DNA of 63,994 nucleotides, filler included, from Basidioascus undulatus (Eukaryota), in assembly GCA_000826855.1 (NCBI GenBank). It is 4 parts of 4 records of this genome, joined end to end, with 100 filler letters (N's around TTAATTAATTAA, not from the genome) between each part and the next. Parts side by side here need not be neighbours in the genome. Positions count along the whole stretch, not along the records: positions 16,248 to 32,368 come from JTLS01000605.1; positions 32,469 to 48,569 come from JTLS01000606.1; 2 more parts are not named here. One strand, written 5' to 3'. The notes below the pieces were generated by a model, which was not told the origin of the DNA, searched no databases, and saw only the letters and a list, made by a program, of their open reading frames with translations. How positions within the stretch are numbered: position 1 is the stretch's first letter; every line of letters starts with the position of its first letter. The position numbers and the translations under genes were made by a program. Below, in pieces: positions 27,478 to 38,885 of the stretch.

Positions 27478-28171
27478 CTAAAGTCCCAAGTAGTAGTCCC
27501 TCTGCGATACCATCCACACAAGCGAGAGCCCTGCAACGTCATCCCCTTCCTCGTGAGCGGAAAGAAAAGGGAAGGCGGCAGTGGGGTGAGGGGACGGACC
27601 ACCGACGATAAGGGGGGAAAGCACGCCCGCTGAGAGCTTGGCGGTGCGGTAGACGAAAAGCTCAGAGACGAAGTGGAAGAGGACTATGATGTACGTCCAG
27701 AGGGTGATGTCGTACACGCTGTCCGAAGGGAGAGAGGGGTGGGATGGAACATAGAGTAATATGGAAGAAAGGGAAGAAGTACGCTTTGTCATGGATATTG
27801 TACGCCGCGTAGAAACGCACGATCGCGCTCGTGAAGGTCCAGATCCCGAAAGTCCTAGCCTGAAGGGGGTTGACTGTCGCGAATCATGTTCATGTCAACC
27901 AGGTTGAAATGGTAGGGGAGTGGAAGGAGGGGAGCGCTGGCTGACCCTGCTTGACGGCATTGTTGTACACGCGCGCAGTGAGGGTGGTCGTGAGGTAGTT
28001 CTGGGCCGAGTTGAAGATGGCCAGGCTCGAGACGAAGAGAATCCATTTGGGGAGGAGGCCCGGCCCGGGAGGGATCACTTTGTCGCCCGGGAGAGAAAGG
28101 CGGTCATATCAGCAAGTTTGGATTTGATCGAGGGTTTGAATGTTAGTATACGGACGAGATGAGAGCGACAT
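27478..28171 (-). CDS. ERG28: Ergosterol biosynthesis scaffold protein Erg28
   Basis: MSLSS|LIPPGPGLLPKWILFVSSLAIFNSAQNY...VNPLQARTFGIWT..SAIVRFYAAYNI..YDITLWTY..HFVSELFVYRTAKL..LSPLIVG..WMVSQRDYYLGL*. Confidence 0.93.
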
Positions 28172-28345
28172 TTTGGTCAGTGAAGAGTGAGGTGATGAAT
28201 GTGACGGAGGTGCGTGCTAAAGGGATTCGGAAGTCAATAATGCGGTTGAGCGGCCGAATCAGGTTAGGTTGGGACCTCGGCGGTCTTCTCGCTTCACCTC
28301 CTCCTCCTTCCAAATCCATATTTGCCCACCCATCCACAATCCACC

Positions 28346-28717
28346 ATGTCCAGCTCCGCCCCCCGCTGGCTCAAGCGCGCCCTCCCCACCATCCCTGCGC
28401 GCATCGCCGAAGCGCCCACCACGCCGCCTACTCCCAACACCCCCGGCTTCTACCGTGTCACGCTCACGCGGAGCGCGATCGGCCTGCCCTCGCGTTATCG
28501 CGACACGCTCAAGTCGATGGGCCTCAACAAGCGCATGGCGACCGTGCTCCAGCGGCATACGCCCGAGGCGGCCGGCCGCATCATGCGCGTCAAGGAACTG
28601 GTGCGGGTGGAGAACGTGTACGGGGAGGGCTTGAAGGAGGGGCGGGTGAAGCGGGAGCACGGGCTGGAGAAGGGGTGGGTCGAGCTGGGGAAGGTTAGGG
28701 AGTTTAGGGGTTGGTAG
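28346..28717 (+). CDS. MRPL33: Mitochondrial large-subunit ribosomal protein uL30m (yeast Mrpl33)
   Basis: FYRVTLTRSAIGLP...LKSMGLNKRMATV...AAGRIMRVKELVRVE, the L30 family pattern. Intronless. Confidence 0.9.
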   Translation: MSSSAPRWLKRALPTIPARIAEAPTTPPTPNTPGFYRVTLTRSAIGLPSRYRDTLKSMGLNKRMATVLQRHTPEAAGRIMRVKELVRVENVYGEGLKEGRVKREHGLEKGWVELGKVREFRGW

Positions 28718-29748
28718 CTGGGTTGATGAGACGATTGAGGTACGTTTTGGGACAGCGAGGATTGGGGTGGGTACGGCGGGACCCGAAGCTGAACTTTCCT
28801 GCTCTCGCCCAGCACGCCAGCGCATTTTACCACACTCTTACGACTGTATCTCGCTTTCCGTGTGCTATCCTGAGATACTAACTACTGTCACCGTCTCGGA
28901 GCTTCCGCGACCATCGATCATGTCTCGCGCTCGTGTTCTTCGCTTTCCTGCCATTCCATTTACTCGCATACCGAATCGGGCTTCCCCCGCCCCCGATTCT
29001 TTGTTTTCGCTTTCGCCGCGTGTCGAGTCACCGCGCCTCCCGTGGGATCGCATCAGCACTCTCATATCTCTCACATCTTGTCGCTCTTGTCGCTCACCCC
29101 GCGCTTGTTCGTCGAGATTGACCCAATCCGCTCATCACAAAACCGCCCTCGCAAGCCTGTCTTCCCATCTCCTTGGCCGCCCCTCTCAAACATTCCGCAT
29201 TCGTGCAATCCTTTCCCTGATCCCCTGCGTCCGCTCATCGTCCCCTCGCCCATCCCTCCCTCCCTTCCCTCCCTATCTTCGCGACGGAGGACATCTATGG
29301 GCAAGGGAATCGACGAGCATTCGAAGGGCGAAGGCGGTGCTCGATCTCAGGAGAGGTGGGTGCGCTCGGGCATGGGCAGTCGAATATCGTGCTCGTCATC
29401 GAACCCGCATACGCGCGTTTCATCACGATCGGCAATCACGCCCAGATCCGCATAGCGAAGGATGTTTGCTTTGGAAGCTTCGATGGAGTCGTGCACAATT
29501 TCCGGCACGGCACAGGCAGTGCCTCTGAAGCACTTTCATTCATATCCATTGTTCTTCTTTGCACCACAAGCCGAAACGAAAATCAAGAGCTCAGGAACGT
29601 ACATCTTTGCCAGAATTAGAGGTGTGGGAGGGACGACTAGGAACGGAGGGGGAGACGGACCGAGAACTACTGGAGGGCGAGGTAGAAGAACATGGATGTG
29701 GAGAACACCGTGTTGAGGAAGGAGGGCACGGTTAGAGGGTAACGACGC

Positions 29749-30656
29749 TTAGTCAGCGGTTGCATTCTCGCCAATCATCTTTGACGTCTTGTACGCCTCC
29801 GCGACCATCTCCTCGCCGATGTACAGGCGAGTCCGCCAGATGACAGGATACCCGTCCATGAAGGGCCCGTCGTGAATCCAGGTCGGGATCCCTGCTCGTC
29901 CTTGGGCACGATGCGCTGAAGGCGATGCTTCGGCCACTCGACGCGCTCGGGACCGAAACGGAGTTCGTTGTGCGCGCGGATGTTGTCGCCGCGTGCGCGT
30001 CGGGCGCGAGTTGGATTGCGAGCTCGTCGGCGCCCGGAGAGCCCGTCCGAACCAGTTGAACGCCGTGATCCAGGGCTCGGCTAGCTCGAGTATCCAGCCC
30101 AGAAGTGCGTCTCCAGCGGGAGCGCGATCTTGTTCGGGAGCGGTCGCGTACGCGTATCGCCAAAGCGCGCCAACGTACGACTCGAAGAGGTCTGCTTGGT
30201 GCTCATGATCTCGGCCGGAGCGGAGCGACGATACAGGGTCTCGAAAGCGGGCATGCCGTGCGCCCAGTGTGCAAAGAGAGCGCCCGATTTGAGGTCCGAG
30301 CGCAATACCTGCTCTCATATTACACTTCCTTGATCAGTCCATCGTTCACACCCCGCAAGATTGACAGAAAGTCACACTGAGATCGCCCTCCCTCAGATGG
30401 GCAAACTTCTCCAATTGCGTGGTGAACACCAAGGATAGCCAAGCGTCACCGACAAACTCGTCGCGCTCTCTGGCCAGCGGGAGCGTCTCCTCGTCCGCGC
30501 TCCAAAGCACCGTGCCTGCCCACAATTCTTTGTCCCCATCTGTCTGGCGCACGAAGCGGCGATCGAGAGGGAGTTTGGGCGGATACCGTGTTGCGGTGGT
30601 GACTACCAGAGGCGGCCGAGTGTTGATCGGAGGTCGAAGGGGTCAGACGAAAGCAT
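29749..30656 (-). pseudogene. Single-domain RNase III + dsRBD-like gene, frameshifted
   Basis: RYPPKLP..., ERDEFVGDAWL (cf. ERLEFLGDA), intron, VLRSDL...FAHWA, frameshift, QADLFESYVGAL, then dsRBD-like WIHDGP...WRTRLYIGEEMVAEAYKTSK. Confidence 0.72.
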
Positions 30657-32049
30657 GAGTGCGAATAGTGGGGATTCAAAGACGAAGGACACTCGAGGAG
30701 CGTGAAATGGAGACGAGGCAAGCAAGAAACCCTTTGATCTCGGACGCGAAAGACGAGAATTTGAGCTGTGAGGGGATGAGCGGAAGAGGTTGAACGGGCC
30801 GTGAGTCGCTCGTCAGCAACTGAATATAGCGGAGGATCTGCCGCATAAATGCAGAACGGGTATGTCAATTACTGCCTTTCAAGGTCATTTGAATGTTTAT
30901 GGAGCAAGAAAGCTTCGGTATAACGACTGAAGAGGGCAAGGCATGGATGACCGCGCAGTCCGTAAAATGCACTGCCACTCGTATGCAACCTGAGGTCCAA
31001 GAAGTATAGCACACAGATAAAAAAAAATGAATGCCTGTTCAGCATCATGATTATTGCACGTGCCCGAGAACTCTCCTTCAGCCCGGCACCCTCGTAATGA
31101 CAGGCACACACCGGCCCCACCACCCTACACCCACTTCGACAGCAAATTTGGACCACCGGCGAGGGGACCGCCTTTCACGAGAATGGTGGACTATAAGAAG
31201 GATGAATTTGACGCGTCAGTCCAGCGATCCCGGGCGACCCCTCTCCCTTCCACCTGTCGCCCTTCTCCTGGGTTGTCGACTGCTTTCATGACTGCGAAGG
31301 GTGGAAGCTGCCGAATCCGTCACAACACCGGGCTGTGGGAATCTTGAAAGGGGGGATATTTTGCGCCTGCAGGAAGACGTCGAAAACTTCAGTGTTAGAC
31401 AGAGCTGCAGGCCACAACGCTCAGCCTGGCCTCTGAAACTGGTACCGAAGGTCGGCCGGGCCGGTTCAACGACCGATTCAACTTAGTACATGGACACTCA
31501 CGGACACTTGCATCATTTCTGTACCTCCTCATATATTCAGAAGTGGTTTACGAGAGTGAAACACTTGGCATTTCAGTAGCAGTGCCCTTCGTTACCGTGA
31601 CAACCTGTGTGTCAATCCTGACATCGAGCCGCAGACTGCAGGTCATTTATTGACTCGATAAGTTCGCCCCAGACAAACGTGTCTGCCTGTCCATGTAACT
31701 TATGTACCTGAGAAAACTTGATGTATCAATGAGTTCTCGAGAGCGAAAGATGAACTCGCTGGTCAAAGTGTTGGCAGTGCGCACTGCGCCGGTACAACTG
31801 CACCTTCCGGGCCACGGTTAGCATTTTTGCTCCTCTTGAGCAGGAAGTGTAGACGGTCCTGTTGAAGTTCAATTCCCTTTAATACGGCCATAGCAGAGGC
31901 GTGCAGTTGGTCAGCGTGTTTTGTTTCAAGAAGACTGTCGATCGAATATCAGCTGGGTCAACCGTAACCTCGTTCGCGCCTAGATCATCGCCAAATCCCA
32001 AGGCACATTCCATGCAGCATCCCAGCCCCATCCGACTTCCATCGCGCTG

Positions 32050-32368
32050 ATGGACAGCTCAAATTTCTTCAGCGCGCTCTCAGATACTCTCCCCGACGCG
32101 GGTTCGCCTGCCCCGGCGACGCCTGCCCCGGCGCGTACCCCGAGCGCGTTTGGCGGGTTCGGCGGGTTCGGCAACGCGGGGTCGGGCAACGCGTTCGGCG
32201 GGTTTGGTGTTGGAGGCAGCTCGGCATTTGGCAGCCCTGCGCCTGTGCCTGTGCCTCCGATGCCGGCAGCGGCGGGAGGAGGGAATGTGCAGGTGAAGGA
32301 GGAGGAGGCGCCGGAGGTCGACGCTGAGGTGCGTAGGCTATCCCACCCGACCGCTTGCCCGCCACCGC
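32050..32368 (+). CDS. First exon of a protein with an FG-rich low-complexity N-terminus; truncated by contig end
   Basis: MDSSNFFSAL...SAFGGFGGFGNAGSGNAFGGFGVGGSSAFGSPAP...EVDAE, followed by a GTGCGT donor. Confidence 0.6.
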
Positions 32369-32468
32369 NNNNNNNNNNNNNNNNNNNNNNNNNNNNNNNN
32401 NNNNNNNNNNNNTTAATTAATTAANNNNNNNNNNNNNNNNNNNNNNNNNNNNNNNNNNNNNNNNNNNN
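32369..32468. other. Artificial contig-joining linker
   Basis: N44-TTAATTAATTAA-N44. Confidence 0.97.
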
Positions 32469-33793
32469 GGAGGGGGGGGCCGTACCCGCGGGGGCGGGGG
32501 AGGCGGCGGCGGAGGTTACGCGGACATTGAAGAAGGCGAGGGTAGAGGGCGCTGCCAAGGGCGTCGTGCGCGTTAAGGTCAGAGCATGAACGGGACTTTG
32601 GCTTGCTTCCTTTATTTTGTTCGTACCTGGCTCTCGCTGCTGGATTGCAATCCTTGGACGTGTTAGACCCGCATCTATAGTTCCTCAGCGCCCTCGTCAT
32701 GCCTTCGCTCATTTACGGTCCAATCTTGACCTTGTATCGAGTGCGGGCCGAGCGGGCATGTTGCCTGTACGGCGGCTTGTCTGTCATCTGCAGGATCGCC
32801 GGACAAAGCGATGGTTTCACGCGGACTGATATTTCGACATCCATTCATACAGGCCTGATGCAAGCGATTGCTGTGGCGTTGCAGTCGGCAGAGTGATGTC
32901 GGTGGTGCTTGAGGCGCGATGAGTTGCGAGCTTCCGCCCCAAAGCCGCTGTCTGCATTGAAGCACGCGTCTGGGCAACAATGACAACTGCACCACAATGG
33001 CATTGGCTTGTATGTAAACATGATGGAGAGCACGCCGTGGGTGATTTGTGGGGATGCAACGCAAAAGTGCAGTAGTGCTTCACGAGATGACTCCACAACT
33101 CACGACTGTTATCACTTGCCTCTCTTTGCGCACAAACCAGTATAGAAGCCAGTTTCATTAGTACTCATGTACTCAACTAACCTGTTATGTAACCTGTGTT
33201 GGGGAAGGTTCCTGTACTTTGCTTTCAAGTACGTCCCACCTTTTTGCACCTTTCCATGCATGTATGCACTCTGCGCGGCGCTACCAGCAGCCCAGCCAGC
33301 AACTTCACTTTCTGAGACTTCCGTGAGATAGGACTCATAATGACCACAGAAATCCTGCTGAACCTGCTCAGAAGTATGGTAACTTTTGGAGTGAATGGAG
33401 CTGGGGCTGCCGGCTACGCCACCATCAGACGTGGGTGGTACACTGCCTAAATCTGTATTGTATATGGCAAGAATGGGTTCAGTAAAAATTGCACAAGTGG
33501 TAAAGACAGTCAGTTTGGAAGACCCTACATGGGTGCTGCACTGTCACACATGCCAGAGCCACATATGGTGAGAGCTGGGAGACAAGGTCTGTGCCCATCT
33601 GTCTTCCAGATGGACACTGGCTGGCTGTGTACCATTTGACTTGTTCTTACATTGTATTCCTCTAAGACCTTCTTGCACTTTCCTTTGCAAAAGGGCTGGT
33701 CACAGCACTCATGAGTTATTGGGCTTCAAAGGGGCAGGGATTAGTTTTGTTTTGAGCTGATATCAGATCTGACATCAAGTTTCAATTCACATT

Positions 33794-33866
33794 GAGATTC
33801 AGAGTCAGATTCAGATTTAGAGTCAGATTCAGATTCAGATTCAGATTCAGATTCAGATTCAGATGC
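33794..33866. repeat. Hexanucleotide microsatellite (CAGATT/CAGAGT)n
   Basis: About 11-12 imperfect units; reads (SE/SD)n on the minus strand. Confidence 0.9.
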
Positions 33867-35904
33867 AGAGCATTGGTGCACTGTTTTTCCTGGAAGTTGT
33901 AGACACATGCCATGAGAATGATCTAACTTCGTTTCAAACTTTGCCTAGTGATTGTACCACCAGGATGCATCGCATTTCTTAGACCAGGAAAATCTCACCT
34001 CACTAGCGTTTGAGTGCTGAATGTTAAGTTGATGTCTTGACAAGGAGCAGGTTGCAGAAATACCAAAACAGGATAGTAACCAGGAGAAAGATGTACCATC
34101 TTCTGCCTTGGAAACAAAGTACAGAACTGAGGTGCTTTGTGAGTGTGCTTGGCCCACCTGCAAGCTCACACTTGTTGCAGTGAAGCCAGACAGCTTGTGT
34201 GAGCAGGTGGAGACTCTACAGGGTTGCCATTTGTTGCAGCTTGCTATGCTTCCTTGTGTTCCTTTCACTCTGACTCACAAATTGGTGGTGAGAAGGGGCA
34301 ACAGGAGGAGGGTAGGGGTGGTAGGTGAGTGTGTATGTGGTGAGTCTGTGCCTTGCACAGGTCTGGAGCCACAGTTGGAGAAGTGGGTAGGCTGACAGAC
34401 TGACAGAGATCCATGAGTGTGGCAAATTATGCTCATAATGTGTGTGTAGAATCTCAAGTGCTGGGGGGAGAACATTGTTGTGAGTGTTGTTGACCTGCCT
34501 CAAGAGGCAGTGGGCATATTGGAAGTGTGGCTGTTGAGGGGCATCAGCTGCACTCCACAAACTGGCCTCACTGGGTGTACTGTTGGGTCTCCAAAACATT
34601 GGGTGGTTTGAAAGTGTTTCTAGTCAAAGGACTACAAGTTCAGGGACATTTGTCAGCTGTGATCAAGCACTCATCTCTTCTTTGCAGAGTCAGGTTAGCT
34701 GCTTTGCATCTAACTTTAAGCTGTAAAGTGGCTCACCTGACAAAGGCCAGTAAACTGCTACTGAGCATGCCAGGGGACATCCCAGCTTCTGCTCCCTTGA
34801 ATTAGGGCACACTAAGCTAGCCTGAGGATGGGAAATAAACTACTGAAATATTGACTCTCTAAGTCATGTGTTTCAAGTCATGGTATATGGGCTTGGCAAG
34901 ATTTCCCATGCAAAAGGGGTTTTCTCAAGAGGTGAAGAATTGCTCTGTTTTGCAGCCTTTGTCTGTGCATCCTTGGGTGACCATGTTTGAGCAGGGAATA
35001 CTGAGTAGTCCCAGCCTTGAGCCCATGTACATTTTCCCTGCCTACTGGCCAGCTTCACTATTGCACACTCTTTCCTCTCATACTGTTTGCTTCACAGAAT
35101 TTCTCCTCTGCTAATCCAATGCAGTCAGACTTGTAAACTTGAGATCAGGTACAGGAGAAATGACATAAGTGAGTCTGCAAGAGCTGTTCCCCCCAATACA
35201 GTGATCTTTCCTGACCTTGGAAAAGAGAGGGTTGTTGCAAGATATTTTCATCAAACGATTCCAAATATAAGTTATCTTTTAGTTACATAATGACTATTAT
35301 ACATGATCTGTTCCAGTTTTGCTCTTGTCAGTGATGGCTTAGACTTCTGGCCTTTCTCCCATACTCACTTCAATTGCTTCTGTCCCATCTCAAGCTTTGT
35401 GGGTGTCTGGATCTGTGGAAATCTCTTTTTGATTATCATACTATGTTTTCACCTTTACTTTGTGTCACCACATTATTCCTCTGTAAGATGCCTGGATTAT
35501 AAGGGCAGGTGCAGCAGCTCAGTGCTGTGTCAGTGTCCAGGGCACCTGTTTCCAGCAGACTCATAAATCATAGGTTGGTAATTATCTTGGTTGTGTAACC
35601 CTGTTTGCAATGAGATGCATCCTTCTTCATTCTCCATGGATCAAGTGCAAGTCAGGCTAGTCAAGTCAGGTTCTGACCGGCAGGCTGACACTGTCAGCCA
35701 AGCCCACCCATTAGACAGGCTCTTTGACATGGCACAACTGAGCCAAGTGTGAAAGCATATCAGGCCTAATACTGTGGCTAGCTTATGCCACCAGAGTCCG
35801 CACTCCTCAAGACTTCCCAAAAGTTGGACAAGGTTTGAGGACACGGAGGGAGGCAGCCTTGACTAAGAGCCTACAGTGGCAAAAGCCCAAGGTTACACTT
35901 GATT

Positions 35905-36140
35905 AGCAGACTGTTTCTACCTGCACAAGCAAGACTGCATCAGGCTGCTACAGTCTGGATGGACTGCATCACTTGCACCAAGACTGCTTTAGTAAGAGCA
36001 AGACCACATCAGATTTAACTAGATTTTGACTGCTTTAGTCAGTAGATGGTGTCAATCTGGGGAAGACTGCTTCAGTCTGGGCAAGACTGCTTGAGTCAGG
36101 GAAAACTGCTTGAGTCTGTAGAAGGCTGCTTCAGTCTGGG
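35905..36140. repeat. Array of degenerate ~20-bp palindromic repeats (AAGACTGCTTCAGTCTGGG)
   Basis: Four tandem copies at 36063, 36083, 36103 and 36122, plus looser GACTGC.T.AG copies from ~35905. The core AGACTG-CTT-CAGTCT is an inverted repeat. Confidence 0.75.
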
Positions 36141-37096
36141 TGAGAATGTATCAGTGCAGGTCAGGATGTATCTGAGGCTCAGGCAGGGACATGCTTTGTG
36201 TGACCCTTGGACCAAATGTGTCTGCAGCTCATGCAGGGCACATCTGCCACTCAGATAAAAGCCGATCCCAGCACTTTGCCGCTCTCCTCCCCCACTTCAC
36301 TCTCCTGCCAAACTTATGCAGTGCGCCGACTGGGTCCTGTGCCATTTCTGTCTCCCAACTCGACAATCCTACCTGACTGCCTCAATAGCGACACTGCCCG
36401 CACGACTTTGCACATTCAGCCTCCTCACACTGCGCATGCGCATTGAGCTTTTTGATGCTTGTGCCCATGAACCCTAATCAAATTTGTACTTCACAAATTT
36501 TTATTTGGCTTTTGACTCAGACCCGGGTTGTATCTCAGATACGCCGGACTTCCGGGGGGTAGGGGGTAGTAGCAGGCAGCGGTGTGCAACAACTCCGGCT
36601 TCGACCCACCGCTCAACCTTCCACCTTCCCACTCGGCAATCCCAACCGTCTCTCCATTTCTCTTGAACGCGTGGTTCGTAGTATATATATGCGATGCTAC
36701 TCAACTGGCCTGATACAAGATTGCCGAGCAAGTGGCCGCGGAAGCGGTCGTATCAGAGAGTGGACACCTACCTCCCCCTACCCATTCCACGCTTCAGCTC
36801 GAGCTTCTTCTTTAATATGCCTCGATTCCAAACCTCCATCCAGAGCTCGATAATGGAAAGGCATCGACTGTAACCTCCGCGCTGTCCTCCGTCCTTCGCT
36901 GCACGGCACGGCGGGCGACCGCTGAGAGTTGTTCCCACGCGTCGATTCGCGTCGAGCTTGTATGTGTCTGCGCCGCCTCGGGTCTTCCTACCTCCTCGCC
37001 GTCTCCATCCTGTCCGTTCACCATTCATCGGCTCACGAAGCTGACGGGACACTTCCACCACTCCCGCCGAGCTCGACCTCGCCGGCGCTGTCTGCC

Positions 37097-38885
37097 ATGT
37101 CGGACCGCAAGCGCCGGCGTCTATCGCCCTCGCCCCCGCCGCTTCCTGAGCCATCATCGCCCTCGCCTTCCAAGCAAGCGCGCATACAGCGCACCCCAGG
37201 CTCCTCATCGCACCCGCCGACGCTCGAGCTTGGCCAGTTCGGGTATCGACACGCGACCCCCACCCGCTCGGCCGCAGCCTACTCGGACGGCATCGCGCTC
37301 TACTCGGCCCTCGTCCCGCCTTCAACCAGAGTGCTCATCAAGCTCGCCCCTACTCCAACCCCCGAGTCCCAGGCCCGCCTCAAACGCGAGTACACGCTCA
37401 TCACCGACCTCCTTGCCTCCCGCGCACCTTCCACCCGCGGCCCTTTCCCCGCTCCACCATCCTCCGTCTCGCCCGCATGCATCGCCAGACCTACTGCGGT
37501 GCGCGATTTGGGAAAGCACGGCCTGGGGCTCGTGTTCCCCTCCCCGGAGGGTGCGGTCACTCTTGCGGACGCGTACTTGAGCGAGGAGGAGGGCGGCGGG
37601 CTTGGGCGAGGTGCGGCGAGGAGGGGCTCGGTCCCCCGCCTCGTCGCGCACGCCATCAGCATCGCCCGCGCGCTCGAAGAGCTCCACACCGCGGGCGTCG
37701 CGCCGGTGTGCTTGAGACCAGAGACGGTCAGGGCTCTGCCGGAAGGGCAGGTGCTGCTGGATGACATGCAGCACGCTGTGAGGCTTGGGATGGGGGGCGC
37801 TGGGGGGCCTTCGTTGACTCTTCCTCTCCTTTGTGCGTCTTCCACCTTACCCTCTCCCTATCTCATCCCGTCACACCTCCTCCACTGTAGGCTACATCGC
37901 CCCCGAAGTGACCGGCCGCCTGGGTCGGTCCATCGACGCGCGCTCCTCGCTCTACGCCCTCGGCGTAACGCTCTTTGAGCTCCTTACCGGCGTCCTCCCC
38001 TTCCCTCCGCCTCCCGACGGCGATATCAACACCGACACACCTCCCAGTCGGCCCTCCAGCCCCTCGCAACAGCGCGACGCCGAGCTCGAGCTCATGCACC
38101 GCCTCGCGACCGAGCGGGCGGCCGACCCATGCGCGCTCGTGCCCGGCATCCCTAAAACACTGGGGAAAGTCGTGCTCAAGCTGCTGGAAAAGACGCCCGA
38201 GAACAGGTACCAGTCCGAGCGCGGGCTGATTGCCGACCTCGAGCGCATCCTGCGCGGCGGGCAGCCGACCTCCTCGGACTCCCCTTCCACCACCAACATC
38301 CTCATCCGCGTCCGCATCCAGATCCTCCGCCTTTCGCTTCACCCCGCCCGCGGACGCAGCGGACGTGCGCACGAAGCAAGCAACGAAGAACCCTGTCCCC
38401 CTCCACCATGCTCAGCATCCCCCCCCGCAACCCGACGAAGGAAACGAAGTAAGGAAAGCGCACCATTAGTCCCGTCCTCCTCCGGCTCGCACCGCTCAAC
38501 CCTCTCCTCCATCCCCGCTGCTACCGATCCCTCAAACTCCTTCTCCCACCCCCTCCTCCCCCACGCCGGAAGAACCTCCGCGCGGGGGGCGAGTGCGAAC
38601 CCCCCCTGTTGGGCCTCGCGCGAGGACAGTGCGGCGAGGACGACGCGCTCGTTCTCTTCTGCGTGGATCGAGCAGGTGGAGTACACTATGCGGTGGACTG
38701 AGGGGACTGCGGGTGGGTTGTGGGTGGGTTGTTGGGAGAAGCGCAAACGCGTGGAGGGCAGGCGCGTCCAACGCCGCCTACCGCGCCCCGTCCGCGGAGA
38801 CGTTGGCCCAACCGTCGTTTCACGCTGTGTCAAATATCGCCTCGAGCCTCTTCAGCAGCTGAAATTATATCGACGTGTAGAGTGA
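37097..38885 (+). CDS. Kinase-like (pseudokinase) protein resembling the S/T-kinase module of multisensor hybrid histidine kinases
   Basis: RVLIKL, ARLKREY, ISIARALEELH; an intron at ~37832-37890 joins to YIAPEVTGRLGRSIDARSSLYALGVTLFELLTGVLPF...LELMH...KVVLKLLEKTPENRYQSERGLIADL. 3' end uncertain. Confidence 0.75.

Larger units (their letters stand above)
33440..36260. mobile_element. CpG-depleted, TpG/CpA-rich island; probable hypermutated transposon relic (family unassigned)
   Basis: Only a handful of CpGs by eye over ~2.8 kb, against abundant CpG in flanking genes. Frames are riddled with stops. Boundaries approximate; no TIR/LTR pair or transposase motif confirmed. Confidence 0.55.

Noticed and set aside
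36063..36140. Palindromic 20-bp repeats as a CRISPR array
   Set aside because: Units are directly adjacent and degenerate, with no unique spacers or cas genes.
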